DNA of 64,000 bases from an uncultured Acidobacteriota bacterium (GTDB lineage: Bacteria > Acidobacteriota > Terriglobia > Acidiferrales > UBA7541): contig CAVOKV010000006.1 of NCBI GenBank assembly GCA_963696605.1, positions 86,786 to 150,785 on the forward strand, in the 5' to 3' direction. Shown here one piece after another: positions 1-9,574 of this stretch; position 1 is the first letter of the stretch, and each line of letters opens with the position of its first letter. The notes under the pieces are model-generated. The model was not told where the DNA came from. It made no database searches and saw only the letters and a program-made list of their open reading frames with translations. Position numbers and translations under genes: made by a program.

Positions 1-348
1 CGTGGCCACGACGCCCACGCGCGCCTCGCGCTCTTCCATCTCGGTGTATATGACGTATGAGCCAAGCTGCCAATACAGCAGGTAGGCCGCGAGTCCCACC
101 ATCGCCAGCAAGAGCAAGACTGGGACGACGGCAATGAAAACATAGGCCGCAACCAGCCGGTTGCGGAGGCTCCAGAGAAGATGGTCTCGGGCCCACACCC
201 AACCGCGCACCAGCCAATAAATTGCCGCGCATATCGCCAGAAAGAAAAGGAATCCGGATTGGGGGATTCGCGCGTAGTACGCGCGCAATCCCAAAAGTGT
301 TCCGTATAAAACCAGGACCGCCAGGGCAATCCAATCGACAAGGCTCAT
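1..348 (-). CDS. hypothetical integral membrane protein, N-terminal fragment (3' end runs off the window)
   Basis: Reverse-strand ATG at 348..346 opens a frame that stays open to base 1 (116 codons, MSLVDWIALAVLVLYGTLLGL...). Several hydrophobic helices. Absent from the ORF track because it is truncated by the window edge. Confidence 0.5.
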   Translation of the reverse strand, partial: MSLVDWIALAVLVLYGTLLGLRAYYARIPQSGFLFFLAICAAIYWLVRGWVWARDHLLWSLRNRLVAAYVFIAVVPVLLLLAMVGLAAYLLYWQLGSYVIYTEMEEREARVGVVAT

Positions 349-645
349 GCCCCCCCAAAGGGCGCGACTTCGAGTTGTCAGTGTGGAGGCCATATCTTCA
401 CGGACGAACTTCCGCCGCAAATTATCAGAATACTACGGCGGAATATGCGATGGGAGATTACTAGAAAATTGGCGCGTGCGGATCTGATCTGCCCCAATTT
501 GGTCGTTCGCGCCGTTAGGAGGGCCGAGTTTCCGCTCGGCCGTCCCCATTGGTTCTGATCGCCGGCTTCAGCCGCTAAAGCTCGCGGCGGAGAACAGGCT
601 GGGATTCGTCAACCAAATAGCAATCGGCAAAGCGGACGCGCAAGT

Positions 646-2175
646 TTACTGTCGCCCGGGTGTTGCCGTTGAATTCCCCACGCGGGCTGCCATCGTAATG
701 CGGCTATGGCGAATGCCGTAACTGAAGTAGATCACTAAGCCGATCACCAGCCACCAAAAGAGGCGCTCCCAGTTTGCGACAGGCAGGGAAAACATCAGGA
801 CTAGACAACACAAGATTCCGAGAATCGGAACGATGGACCCCAGCGGGGCGCGGAATGGCCGATGCACGTCCGGATGCGTGCGCCGCATGATGAAAACCGC
901 CGCGCAAACAATTACGAAAGCCAACAAGGTTCCGATGTTCACGAGTTCAGCCAGAAAGCGCAACGGCAGAAAGGCGCCCATCGCGGCGACGCACAACCCG
1001 GTCAGAATGGTGGACTTCCACGGCGTGCGAAACCTTTCATGCACCGCGCCGAAAAATCCTGTCGGAAGCAAGCCGTCCCGCGCCATCGCCAGGAATATTC
1101 GCGGCTGGCTGAGCATCATGACCAGAAGGACCGACGTGATCCCCGCGATGGCACCGATGGAAACCAGCAATTCGGCCCAGGGCAGGCCCACTTGACGGAA
1201 AGCGTCGGAGACAGGTGCATCGATATTGATCTGGTTGTAAGGCACCATGCCGGTAAGCACGCCGGCGACGGCGATGTATAGAATCGTGCACAGCACGAGG
1301 GAAGTCATAATTCCTATGGGGACGTCGCGGGAAGGATTGCGCGCTTCTTCGGCGTGAGTGGATATCGAATCAAATCCAATGTAGGCAAAGAAGACCAGCG
1401 CGGCACCTGCGAGCATACCTTGTGGTTTCCCGCCGGGCCCGGACTGCCCCAGCACGGTATGGCCAAAGAAGCTGAGACCGCTCAATCCAAACGGCGCAAA
1501 GGGATGCCAATTCGCCGTGTGGACGTACAGCGCACCAACTCCTATGACAAAAAAAACGATGATCAGCTTAAGAATTACAATCGCGGCATTCACACTCGCG
1601 CTCTCGTGAATCCCTTTCACTAGAATCGCCGTGACGATCAACGCGATGGCGATCGCAGGAAGATCGAACCAGGTTCCAGTCAATATGAGATGTCCAGAAG
1701 CCAAATCGTAGTCAAAGGGAGCGTTGGTGAAGTGCTGAGGCAGCCCGATATGGAAGAAGACAAGGAAATCCTGAAAGTAATGTGACCAGCCGTGCGCAAC
1801 CGTGGCCGAGGCCACCGCGTACTCGAGAATCAGGTCCCACCCCATGATCCAGGCAAATAGTTCCCCCAGCGTGGCGTAGGCATAGGTGTAGGCCGATCCC
1901 GCCACGGGCACCATCGAAGCGAACTCCGCATAGCAAAGGGCCGCGAAAACGCATGTGATTCCCGACACCACGAAGGAGAGCATCAGCGCGGGACCGGTAA
2001 GGTCATGGGCCGCGACCCCGGTCAGGACGAAGATGCCGGTACCGATGATCGCTCCCACACCCAGGCTGGAAAGCTGGATGGGGCCAAGGACGCGGCGTAA
2101 CCGATTATCGCTTTGGAGTTCCTCGACCAGCGATTCATGCGTTTTTATTTGAAACAACTGATTCGCCATAATCAC
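646..2175 (-). CDS. APC-superfamily amino acid permease (cationic amino acid transporter-like)
   Basis: 509-aa ORF with about 12 hydrophobic segments. N-terminal ...LGVGAIIGTGIFVLTG... and overall layout are typical of amino acid permeases. Start is either GTG 2175 or ATG 2169. Confidence 0.9.
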   Translation of the reverse strand: MIMANQLFQIKTHESLVEELQSDNRLRRVLGPIQLSSLGVGAIIGTGIFVLTGVAAHDLTGPALMLSFVVSGITCVFAALCYAEFASMVPVAGSAYTYAYATLGELFAWIMGWDLILEYAVASATVAHGWSHYFQDFLVFFHIGLPQHFTNAPFDYDLASGHLILTGTWFDLPAIAIALIVTAILVKGIHESASVNAAIVILKLIIVFFVIGVGALYVHTANWHPFAPFGLSGLSFFGHTVLGQSGPGGKPQGMLAGAALVFFAYIGFDSISTHAEEARNPSRDVPIGIMTSLVLCTILYIAVAGVLTGMVPYNQINIDAPVSDAFRQVGLPWAELLVSIGAIAGITSVLLVMMLSQPRIFLAMARDGLLPTGFFGAVHERFRTPWKSTILTGLCVAAMGAFLPLRFLAELVNIGTLLAFVIVCAAVFIMRRTHPDVHRPFRAPLGSIVPILGILCCLVLMFSLPVANWERLFWWLVIGLVIYFSYGIRHSRITMAARVGNSTATPGRQ

Positions 2176-2180
2176 CTTGT

Positions 2181-2256
2181 GTAGGACAGGCTTCAGCCTG
2201 TCTGCTTTTCCGACTTAACGAAAAATCAAAACCAGACAGGCTGAAGCCTATCCTAA
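2181..2256. repeat. REPIN-like doublet A (family 1)
   Basis: Left arm GTAGGACAGGC-TTCA-GCCTGTCTG (2181-2204). Right arm CAGACAGGC-TGAA-GCCTATCCTAA (2233-2256). 28-nt spacer. The right arm overlaps the last codons and stop of the upstream permease. Confidence 0.85.
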
Positions 2257-3807
2257 TCGCGCCTCCCCAGACCGCCGTGACCACGCCCAATACACCGGAA
2301 CTCCCAGAAGCACGATCACCAGTCCGGGCCAGGTGTCCTGCGTTTGATACAAAATCAAAATCAGCATAATGATAAGAGCGGTAACGATATACAGAATTGG
2401 GACAACGGGATACCCCCACGCGCGATAGGGCCGGTCGGCATCAGGTCGCTTGCGGCGCAAGACGAATACGCCGCCGATGGTAAGCACGTAAAATATCAAC
2501 ACCGCGAAAATGACATAGTCCAACAAGACGCCGTAGAGATTGCCGTAGCTCACGGCGCCGCTCGCCGCATTTACCAGACGCGTCCGCAGCAGGACCAGGA
2601 CGGCAGCCCAAATTCCCTGTAGGACGAGTCCCATCGCGGGAACGTGGCTGGCATTCAGCCGCCCGATGCTGCGAAAAAATAATCCGTCCCGCGACATCGC
2701 GTAGTAAACGCGTGCGCCGGCGAGGATCAGTCCGTTGGCGCAGCCGAACGTGGAGATCATGATGGCCAGCGCCATCAGCGTCGCTCCGCTATGGCCAAAA
2801 ATCGCCGCCAGAGTGGCGGTGGCGACGCGGTCGTCGGGGGCGGTCTGAATCTGGTGCAGGGTGAGTGTCGAAAGGTATCCCAGGTTGGCCAAAAAATAGA
2901 GCGTGATGACCACTGCCGTGCCAACGGCGAGCGAAACGGGAATGTCCCGCTTCGGATTTTTGACTTCACCGGCGGTGAAGGTGATGTTGTTCCAGGCATC
3001 CGCGGAAAAAAGCGATCCCACCTGAGAAACGCCGAATGCAATGATCAAACCGAACGTTCCCGACGCTGCGGTCACGGAAGGAATGAAAGACTTCATCCAG
3101 GCCGCGCCCGGCTCGATGGTTTGGGGATCGTGCAGCGTCCACAGGCCGCTGAAATTTGCATGGATCGCGGCGGCGTTCCGGCCGAGGAAAATTCCAGCAA
3201 AAATTAGCGCGGCGAGCCCCAGCGTCTTCGCTGAAGTAAAAATATTTTGGATCCACTTTCCCAGCTTCAGTCCGCGCGTATTGAGGGCCGTCAGAAAAAG
3301 AATCAGGAGCAATGCGACGAGTTGCTGCACGGAAAGGCTGATTGCGTATTTGGCGGAGAGCGCAATCGGAGAAACAACCCAGGTGTTCGGAGAAATTGCG
3401 GGCCACATCACGCCCAGGAATCGCGCAAACCCAACCGCCACTGCGGCGATGGTGCCGGTTTGAATAACCAGGAAGAGAGTCCACCCGTAAAGGAATCCCC
3501 AGAGCGGAGAGTACGCCTCACGAAGATACACGTATTGGCCACCGGCCTTGGGCATCATGGCCGCAAGTTCGCCGTAGGAAAGCGCTGCGGTGACCGTCAT
3601 GAGGCCGGCGATCACCCAGGCGGCCAGCAATCCTCCGGTCGATCCCGCGTTGCGCGCAATGTCAGCGGAAACGATGAAGATTCCCGAACCGATCATTGAA
3701 CCCACGACGATCGTGGTCGAGTCGAACAAGCCCAACCCGCGAACGAAGCCGGAGGAATCCGTTTCGGCGGGAATCGCTGTCGCCAGGTTGGAATTCACTT
3801 CAGACAC
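2248..3807 (-). CDS. APC-family amino acid transporter
   Basis: 519-aa multi-TM ORF. GSMIGSGIF motif near the N-terminus. GTG start preceded by GAGGGAG. Confidence 0.9.
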   Translation of the reverse strand: MSEVNSNLATAIPAETDSSGFVRGLGLFDSTTIVVGSMIGSGIFIVSADIARNAGSTGGLLAAWVIAGLMTVTAALSYGELAAMMPKAGGQYVYLREAYSPLWGFLYGWTLFLVIQTGTIAAVAVGFARFLGVMWPAISPNTWVVSPIALSAKYAISLSVQQLVALLLILFLTALNTRGLKLGKWIQNIFTSAKTLGLAALIFAGIFLGRNAAAIHANFSGLWTLHDPQTIEPGAAWMKSFIPSVTAASGTFGLIIAFGVSQVGSLFSADAWNNITFTAGEVKNPKRDIPVSLAVGTAVVITLYFLANLGYLSTLTLHQIQTAPDDRVATATLAAIFGHSGATLMALAIMISTFGCANGLILAGARVYYAMSRDGLFFRSIGRLNASHVPAMGLVLQGIWAAVLVLLRTRLVNAASGAVSYGNLYGVLLDYVIFAVLIFYVLTIGGVFVLRRKRPDADRPYRAWGYPVVPILYIVTALIIMLILILYQTQDTWPGLVIVLLGVPVYWAWSRRSGEARLG

Positions 3808-3848
3808 GGGGCTGCTCCCTCTTATTTCGGCGGGGTCCCAAGCTTTAG

Positions 3849-3880
3849 AAAAAAATCCAGCACGAAATTATTCCGCGTGC
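3849..3880 (-). terminator. weak candidate intrinsic terminator after thiE
   Basis: On the minus strand, GCACG-N11-CGTGC followed by TGGATTTTTTT, directly after the thiE stop. The stem is only 5 bp. Confidence 0.35.
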
Positions 3881-3884
3881 GAGA

Positions 3885-4526
3885 TCACTCTCCGCGAGAT
3901 GCCGCGGAGGCCGCCACGTCGAGGTATTCACGAGCCCGAACGGCAGGGTTCGAGACGCAGGTCAGGTCGCGAATTACGGCCAGGGAATCAGCGCCTGCGC
4001 GATAGACTTCCGCTGCGCGCTCCAATGTGATTCCGCCAATCGCGACCAGGGGCTTTTTCGTCATCTTCCGCGCCTGCCGCAAGAGCTCTGTCCCGACGAC
4101 CGGGTCGGGATTTTTCTTGGTCGCGGTCGGGAAAATGGGGCCGATGGCAATGTAATCGGCGGAGGTACGGTCCGCCGCAGCTAACTGTTCGAGCGTGTGG
4201 GTGGAAACTCCCACCCAACAATCCGGTCCGCAAATGGCGCGAGCATCTTCGGGGCTCAAATCATCCTGGCCCACATGCACGCCGCCGGCGCCAGCCAGCA
4301 TGACAATGTCCGGGCGGTCATTCACAATCAGCCGGACGCCGCGCGGACCGAGGGCCTTCACAAGTTGCCGGGAGATCTCGAAAAATTGGCGAGAAGAAGC
4401 CGTCTTATTGCGGTACTGAATCAGCTCGACCCCGGATCCTGCCAGCGCTTCGGCCAAATCTAGCTCCGAAATGGTGAGCAAACTGGGGTCGATTATGGCA
4501 TAGAGGCGGGGGAACACAAGGTTCAT
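3885..4526 (-). CDS. thiE: thiamine-phosphate synthase
   Basis: 213 aa. LYAIID, QYRNK, VNDRPDI..AGAGGVHVGQDD, GVSTH, DYIAIGPIFPTATK and VAIGGI motifs in ThiE order. Starts 6 nt after the accC stop. Confidence 0.92.
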   Translation of the reverse strand: MNLVFPRLYAIIDPSLLTISELDLAEALAGSGVELIQYRNKTASSRQFFEISRQLVKALGPRGVRLIVNDRPDIVMLAGAGGVHVGQDDLSPEDARAICGPDCWVGVSTHTLEQLAAADRTSADYIAIGPIFPTATKKNPDPVVGTELLRQARKMTKKPLVAIGGITLERAAEVYRAGADSLAVIRDLTCVSNPAVRAREYLDVAASAASRGE

Positions 4527-4532
4527 ATCGGG

Positions 4533-5882
4533 TTATCCCGCACGCGATGTGGCGAAACGGTCAAGAAAGTGGGTGTCCAACCGCCCGGCGCTGAAATCGG
4601 GGTCCAGCATGATCTTGCGCTGCAACGGAATGGACGTCTTGATGCCTTCGACCACAAACATTTCAAGCGCACGGCGCATGCGGACGATGGCCTCGGCACG
4701 GGTATCTCCGTAAGCGATGAGCTTGGCCACCAGGGAATCGTAATACGGCGGAATCACGGCGTCGGCGTGCGCAGCCGTATCCACGCGTATCCCGGGGCCG
4801 CCCGGGGTGCGGAAGACGGTAATGTGTCCGGCCGAGGGGATGAACGTTTCGGGATCCTCGGCGTTGATGCGGCACTCTATCGCGTGCCCATGCAAATCGA
4901 GTTTGCCGACAACGTCATCCAGCCGCTCGCCCGTCGCAAGGCGGATCTGGGACTTGATCAGGTCCACGCCAGTAACCATTTCCGTCACGGGATGTTCCAC
5001 CTGGATGCGCGCGTTCATTTCGATGAAGTAGATCGAGCCGTCTTCATCCATCAGGAATTCGACCGTGCCCGCGCTGCTGTAGCCCACTTGCTCGAGCGCC
5101 GAGACCACGCGGGCGCCCAGTTCGGCGCGTAGCTTGGAATCCACCGCCGGCGAAGGAGATTCTTCGATCAGTTTCTGGTGCCGGCGCTGGATGCTGCATT
5201 CGCGTTCGCCCAGATGCATGACGCGCCCGTGTTTGTCACCGAGAACTTGAAACTCGATGTGGCGCGGCCGTTCAATGAATTTCTCAAGGTACAAATCGGG
5301 TATGCCAAACGCCTGCTGTGCCTCGTTGCGGGCCGTGGCAAACGCGCCGGGGAGTTCTTCCTCGCCTCGGACGACGCGCATCCCGCGCCCTCCGCCCCCG
5401 GCCGACGCTTTCAAGATTACGGGGTACTTGATTCGAGCAGCCTCCGCAAGCGCCGCGGCTTCGTCCCCCACGATTCCCTGCGAGCCCGGCACGACCGGCA
5501 CGCCTGCAGCGGACATTTCGCGCCGGGCCTGGTCTTTTTCTCCCATCATGCGCAGCAAGTCCGGAGAAGGGCCGATGAAGGTGATGTGCGAAGCCTCGCA
5601 CACCTCCGCGAAATTCGCGTTTTCGGAAAGAAATCCGTAGCCGGGATGGATCGCGTCGACATTGGTGATTTCGGCGGCGCTGATCACTTGAGGAATGTTC
5701 AGATAACTTTCGCTCGACCGAGGCGGCCCGATGCACACTGCTTCATCCGCGAAGCGCACGTGCAGGGCGTTGCGATCCGCCTCGGAGTACACCGCCACCG
5801 TGGCGATGCCCAGTTCCTTGCACGCATCGATGACGCGCAGGGCGATCTCACCGCGATTGGCTATAAGGATTTTTCGAAACAT
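4533..5882 (-). CDS. accC: acetyl-CoA carboxylase, biotin carboxylase subunit
   Basis: 449 aa. [19 protein letters not shown]-terminus, ATP-grasp [24 protein letters not shown]. Confidence 0.97.
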   Translation of the reverse strand: MFRKILIANRGEIALRVIDACKELGIATVAVYSEADRNALHVRFADEAVCIGPPRSSESYLNIPQVISAAEITNVDAIHPGYGFLSENANFAEVCEASHITFIGPSPDLLRMMGEKDQARREMSAAGVPVVPGSQGIVGDEAAALAEAARIKYPVILKASAGGGGRGMRVVRGEEELPGAFATARNEAQQAFGIPDLYLEKFIERPRHIEFQVLGDKHGRVMHLGERECSIQRRHQKLIEESPSPAVDSKLRAELGARVVSALEQVGYSSAGTVEFLMDEDGSIYFIEMNARIQVEHPVTEMVTGVDLIKSQIRLATGERLDDVVGKLDLHGHAIECRINAEDPETFIPSAGHITVFRTPGGPGIRVDTAAHADAVIPPYYDSLVAKLIAYGDTRAEAIVRMRRALEMFVVEGIKTSIPLQRKIMLDPDFSAGRLDTHFLDRFATSRAG

Positions 5883-5950
5883 TTCAGGCCGAATGTTGCA
5901 TGGTCCGCCGCGGCGGGCCGCGGGGTTTCATTCTTGAATGGCCAAGACCC

Positions 5951-5974
5951 GCAGGCTGAAACCTGTGCCACTAC
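5951..5974. repeat. solo degenerate REP-like hairpin (family 1) in the accB-accC spacer
   Basis: Minus strand reads GTAG-TGGCACAGGT-TTCA-GCCTGCG. It has the GTAG head, TTCA loop and CAGG/CCTG stem core. The TAG of the head is the accB stop codon (5973..5971). Confidence 0.4.
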
Positions 5975-6540
5975 TTCTTCTTCCCAGTGGGCCGCAGCGC
6001 GAACAGCGGTTCGCCGTACTCCACCGGCTGTCCGTTTTCGACCAGGACTCGCGCCACTTCTCCGCTGATATCCGCTTCAATTTCGTTCATCAATTTCATG
6101 GCTTCGATGATGCAGACAGTCTGGCCCGCCTCGACCAGGTCTCCCGCTCGAACAAATGGCCCTGCGTCAGGGCTCGGGCCCGCGTAGAAAGTGCCGACGA
6201 TAGGTGACTTGATGATGTGCTCGTCCGAAGCTGCAACCGCAGCGGAGGCGGCCTGAGACGGCCCTGGGCCGGCCTCCACAGGCGCCTGGGGAGCATTTGA
6301 AGGCGGTTGGGCAAGAATGCCTTGCGGAGCTGCAGTTTGCGCCACCGGAAGCGCCAATACCGGGGCGGCGCCTGTCTGCGGAATGGCCTTCTTCAGGCGT
6401 ATCCTCAGGTCCGCATGGGCATACTCGAACTCCTCCAACCCATGTTCGGACATGAAAGATAACAATCGCTCTAGTTGGCCAAGGTCGACTCCGGGGACGG
6501 AAAAATCAGAACCGGCCGGCTGTTTTTTGGATCCCTTCAT
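5971..6540 (-). CDS. accB: acetyl-CoA carboxylase biotin carboxyl carrier protein
   Basis: 189 aa. Ala/Pro-rich linker, then a biotinyl domain with [11 protein letters not shown] (biotinylated Lys motif). Confidence 0.95.
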   Translation of the reverse strand: MKGSKKQPAGSDFSVPGVDLGQLERLLSFMSEHGLEEFEYAHADLRIRLKKAIPQTGAAPVLALPVAQTAAPQGILAQPPSNAPQAPVEAGPGPSQAASAAVAASDEHIIKSPIVGTFYAGPSPDAGPFVRAGDLVEAGQTVCIIEAMKLMNEIEADISGEVARVLVENGQPVEYGEPLFALRPTGKKK

Positions 6541-6548
6541 CGTTGTGC

Positions 6549-7631
6549 TCAGAGTTCGAGGAATTCCCTGGGGGCAGTCGTGAGAAATTCGGCGCCCTGC
6601 GGGGTCACCAGTGCATCGTCTTCAATGCGTATTCCTCCGACACCCTCCACGTACACACCTGGTTCCAAGGTCACGACGTTACCCGTTTTCAGAACTTCTT
6701 TTTGGTCCCTAGCGATTCGGGGATCCTCGTGGATTTCAAGGCCTATTCCATGACCCGTACTGTGGACGAAGTAACGCCCTAAGCCTTTATTCTGCAACAC
6801 GTTCCGGGCAGCTGCGTCGATCGACCCGCAGGTGACTCCCGATTTCAGCGCATTCCTTGCCGCCGTCTGCGCGTCCAGAACTGCATGATACCACTGGCGG
6901 ACGCGCGCAGAGGCCTTGCCGACGTGCACCGTGCGTGTAATATCACTGCAATAGCGGCGCAGTATAGCACCCAGGTCCAGTACTACCAACTCGTTTTTCC
7001 CGATTCGGCGCGCTGTGGGACGCGCATGTGGCAACGCGGAGCGGGGTCCGGCGGCCACAATGGCCTCGAAGGACTCCCCCGAAGCGCCTTTCCGGCGCAT
7101 CCGGTAGCCAATCTCGGCAGCGATGTCAAGTTCGGTGACACCGGGACGAATCATGCGAATCGCTTCGTCCATGACCTGGGAGGCAAGGCGCGCCGCATCC
7201 CGGATTCGTTCGATTTCGCCGGTATCCTTGACGGCCCGGAGGCTTTCCACAAAGCCGTCGATGGCGACCCACTTTAGGTTGCTTGCTGCGCCTTTCCTGA
7301 GCGTCTTCCAGCCCGCCAAGGTGAGCCGCGAAGGCGACACTGCAATTCTCTGCCGCTTCCTGGCTCGAAGGTGGTCGCCAACCGCCTCCAGGAGCGGGCC
7401 TTTGTGGATGTGAACACGGATTCCGCGAGTCTCTTCCTTTGCCTGAATTGCGAACCTGCCGTCGGTGAACAAAGTGGCCGAGGTAGGATCTACCAGCAGG
7501 GCTCCTGAATCGCCCGAAAATCCACACAAGTAGTAAATGTTTGGCGGGTGGGTCTCCAGCAGCGTGCCGGCTCCGGCGATTTCCAGTGAGTGACGAAGTC
7601 TCTTTAAACGGCTGGGTGTGGTGGTCGGCAT
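6549..7631 (-). CDS. Xaa-Pro aminopeptidase / M24 family metallopeptidase
   Basis: 360 aa. Creatinase-like N-domain plus pita-bread fold motifs [22 protein letters not shown] and GGIRIEDD. Confidence 0.9.
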   Translation of the reverse strand: MPTTTPSRLKRLRHSLEIAGAGTLLETHPPNIYYLCGFSGDSGALLVDPTSATLFTDGRFAIQAKEETRGIRVHIHKGPLLEAVGDHLRARKRQRIAVSPSRLTLAGWKTLRKGAASNLKWVAIDGFVESLRAVKDTGEIERIRDAARLASQVMDEAIRMIRPGVTELDIAAEIGYRMRRKGASGESFEAIVAAGPRSALPHARPTARRIGKNELVVLDLGAILRRYCSDITRTVHVGKASARVRQWYHAVLDAQTAARNALKSGVTCGSIDAAARNVLQNKGLGRYFVHSTGHGIGLEIHEDPRIARDQKEVLKTGNVVTLEPGVYVEGVGGIRIEDDALVTPQGAEFLTTAPREFLEL

Positions 7632-7661
7632 AAAAAAGGGAGGAGACCGAGGTCTCCTCCC
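7632..7661 (-). terminator. intrinsic terminator after pilQ, with its U-tract abutting the pepP-like start codon
   Basis: Minus strand GGGAGGAGACC-TC-GGTCTCCTCCC (11-bp perfect stem) followed by TTTTTT, then directly ATG (7631). Confidence 0.75.
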
Positions 7662-7690
7662 AGGTCACGCGATATTGTACCTTTCGGGAC

Positions 7691-9574
7691 TCAGCCTGGC
7701 AAAATTCGAGGAGTCACGAAAAACAGCAACTCCTGAGTGGAAACATCGATCGATGTATGTTTGAACATGTTGCCGATGAGGGGCATGCTGCCCAGGAGAG
7801 GCACCTGGTCGATTGTGGTGGTCTGATTGGTGACGACCACACCGCCGATTACAACCGTGCCGCCGTCGTTGACCAGAACCTTGGTCTGGGTCGACTGCGT
7901 GTCCAATCCTGGCTGGCCCTGGACGCTGATGCTCTTATCAATCTGGGTATTTTGAACGTTGACGTCCAGGAAAACCGTGCCCTCCGAAGTGATTTGCGGA
8001 GTCACTTCCAGCTCCAGGACGGCGTCCACATATTGCGTGGAAATCGTATTGTTGATGTTGGTTTGGATCGGGACTTGCTGACCTTGCTTCACGGTCAATT
8101 TCTCGTTGTTTTGCGTGATGCCCTTGGGTTCGGAAAGGATTTTGCCGACGCCGCGGCTCTCCATCAGGCTAAGAATGAAATCGATCGCATAGTTGTGGCC
8201 CTGGGTGGAGAAGGTAAAGCCGCTGTTCGGAGCAGTCGCTCCTAGGTTTGTACTCAGCGGGATTTGGCCACCTGTCCCAAATGCGGGAGCAATCGAGTGA
8301 ATGACTGGGCTCAGGAAAGTAGTGTTCCCGACGAGCCCGCCTAGAGATGTGTTGCCGGCGGGCGTTGAGAAGCCAAACTCTGTACCGATTTCGCGGGCAA
8401 AAGTACGGCTGGTCTGAACGACGCGGGCGTCGATTTCCACTTGCTGCGATTTCCGGTCTATCTGCTTCAGCAAATTATCGATTTTGGGGATCGAGGATGG
8501 AATATCGCGAATGATCAGGGTATTCGAACGAACATCGGCGAAAACGTCGCCCCGGGGAGTCAGAAATCTTTTCAACGTAGGAACCATCGCGTTTGCCTGG
8601 GCGTAACTCAGCACCCGAGTGACCGTCACCATTTCGATCGAATCCGACTGCGCCTTGAGGAGGTCCCGGTGCTGATCCGCTTCGCGCTTGAGAGTTTCTT
8701 CCGTCGCGATACGCAAGACGTTGCCGTCAATTTCCTTGGTGAGACCGTTGTTCCGCAGCACGATGTCCAACCCCTGATCCCAAGGAACCTCATCGAGAAC
8801 CAGAGTCACAGTTCCACGGACCGACGGGTCCAGCACCACGTTCAGTCCGCTGATTTCATGAATTAGGCGGAAGAAATCTTTCAGATCCACGTCCTTGAGA
8901 TTTACAGAGATCGGGTCTCCCGTATATTTCTTTTCGACTGCGGGTGCGGAAGCGGGAGTTTGGGACGCGGTGGCCGGTGGATCTTGCGTCTCAGGCGCAG
9001 CTGGTTCATGGGCAGGACGCGCGAAACCCATATTCGTACTCGTCAGCCAGGCCGGGAGCGGCATATTCGGAACGTTCACTGCGGTCAGTCTGCGCGGGGC
9101 GGGCTTTTTGGCAGGGTGCAGCGCGGTGGGAGCTGCCAAAGCCGTCTCGGATGTGAATGAGATCGCAAGATTCGTTCCCTCCGCTTGCACGGTGAACGGA
9201 ACCTGTTTCGCGAGATCGATTACAACTCTGGACTGTCCGGGATTCGGTTGCCCCACGCGCACGTCCAGAACTGGCGCATACTCGCTGGATACCTTTCTAT
9301 CCACAATGTTCAAGCGGGTATCGGCAAAGTCGAGCACCAGCCGCGGCGGAGAATCGAGCCGGGAAGTCAAGTAGTGCAACTCTCCAGTCCCGCTGACCCG
9401 CACGGTAGTTTGTTGCCCTGGCTGGACGACTTCGACGCCCGAAATCGAGGCCATGGATGCGGCAGCGCTCGCCGGAGTTTGCGAAGCAACTTGCGCGCTC
9501 GCGGGGAGAGCCGCGACAGCGGCGCCTGCCAACATTAGGCAGCTGAACCCGAGAGCCGACCAATAGGTCTTCAT
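7691..9574 (-). CDS. pilQ: type IV pilus secretin
   Basis: 627 aa. Signal peptide, AMIN-like domain (PRLVLDF...), secretin N-domains and C-terminal secretin core (VPLLG..PLIG.MFK). ATGA overlap with pilP. Confidence 0.93.
   Translation of the reverse strand: MKTYWSALGFSCLMLAGAAVAALPASAQVASQTPASAAASMASISGVEVVQPGQQTTVRVSGTGELHYLTSRLDSPPRLVLDFADTRLNIVDRKVSSEYAPVLDVRVGQPNPGQSRVVIDLAKQVPFTVQAEGTNLAISFTSETALAAPTALHPAKKPAPRRLTAVNVPNMPLPAWLTSTNMGFARPAHEPAAPETQDPPATASQTPASAPAVEKKYTGDPISVNLKDVDLKDFFRLIHEISGLNVVLDPSVRGTVTLVLDEVPWDQGLDIVLRNNGLTKEIDGNVLRIATEETLKREADQHRDLLKAQSDSIEMVTVTRVLSYAQANAMVPTLKRFLTPRGDVFADVRSNTLIIRDIPSSIPKIDNLLKQIDRKSQQVEIDARVVQTSRTFAREIGTEFGFSTPAGNTSLGGLVGNTTFLSPVIHSIAPAFGTGGQIPLSTNLGATAPNSGFTFSTQGHNYAIDFILSLMESRGVGKILSEPKGITQNNEKLTVKQGQQVPIQTNINNTISTQYVDAVLELEVTPQITSEGTVFLDVNVQNTQIDKSISVQGQPGLDTQSTQTKVLVNDGGTVVIGGVVVTNQTTTIDQVPLLGSMPLIGNMFKHTSIDVSTQELLFFVTPRILPG

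Noticed and set aside
222-464. 80-aa plus-strand ORF
   Set aside because: It overlaps the more convincing minus-strand membrane-protein start (1..348). It is Arg/Pro/Gly-rich and has no SD.
5178-6068. Long antisense or alternate-frame ORFs inside strong genes. Examples: 5178..6068, 27313..28023, 30097..30987, 30861..31886, 31896..32651, 32815..33558, 36649..37467, 38313..38966, 39021..39797, 43441..44085, 48629..49270, 51498..52658, 53147..54070, 54482..55366, 57349..58095, 57629..58513.
   Set aside because: Each overlaps a gene with clear family motifs on the other strand or frame. Their products are Arg/Gly/His/Pro-rich with no recognisable motifs. This is the expected behaviour of stop-poor off-frames in about 60% GC DNA.
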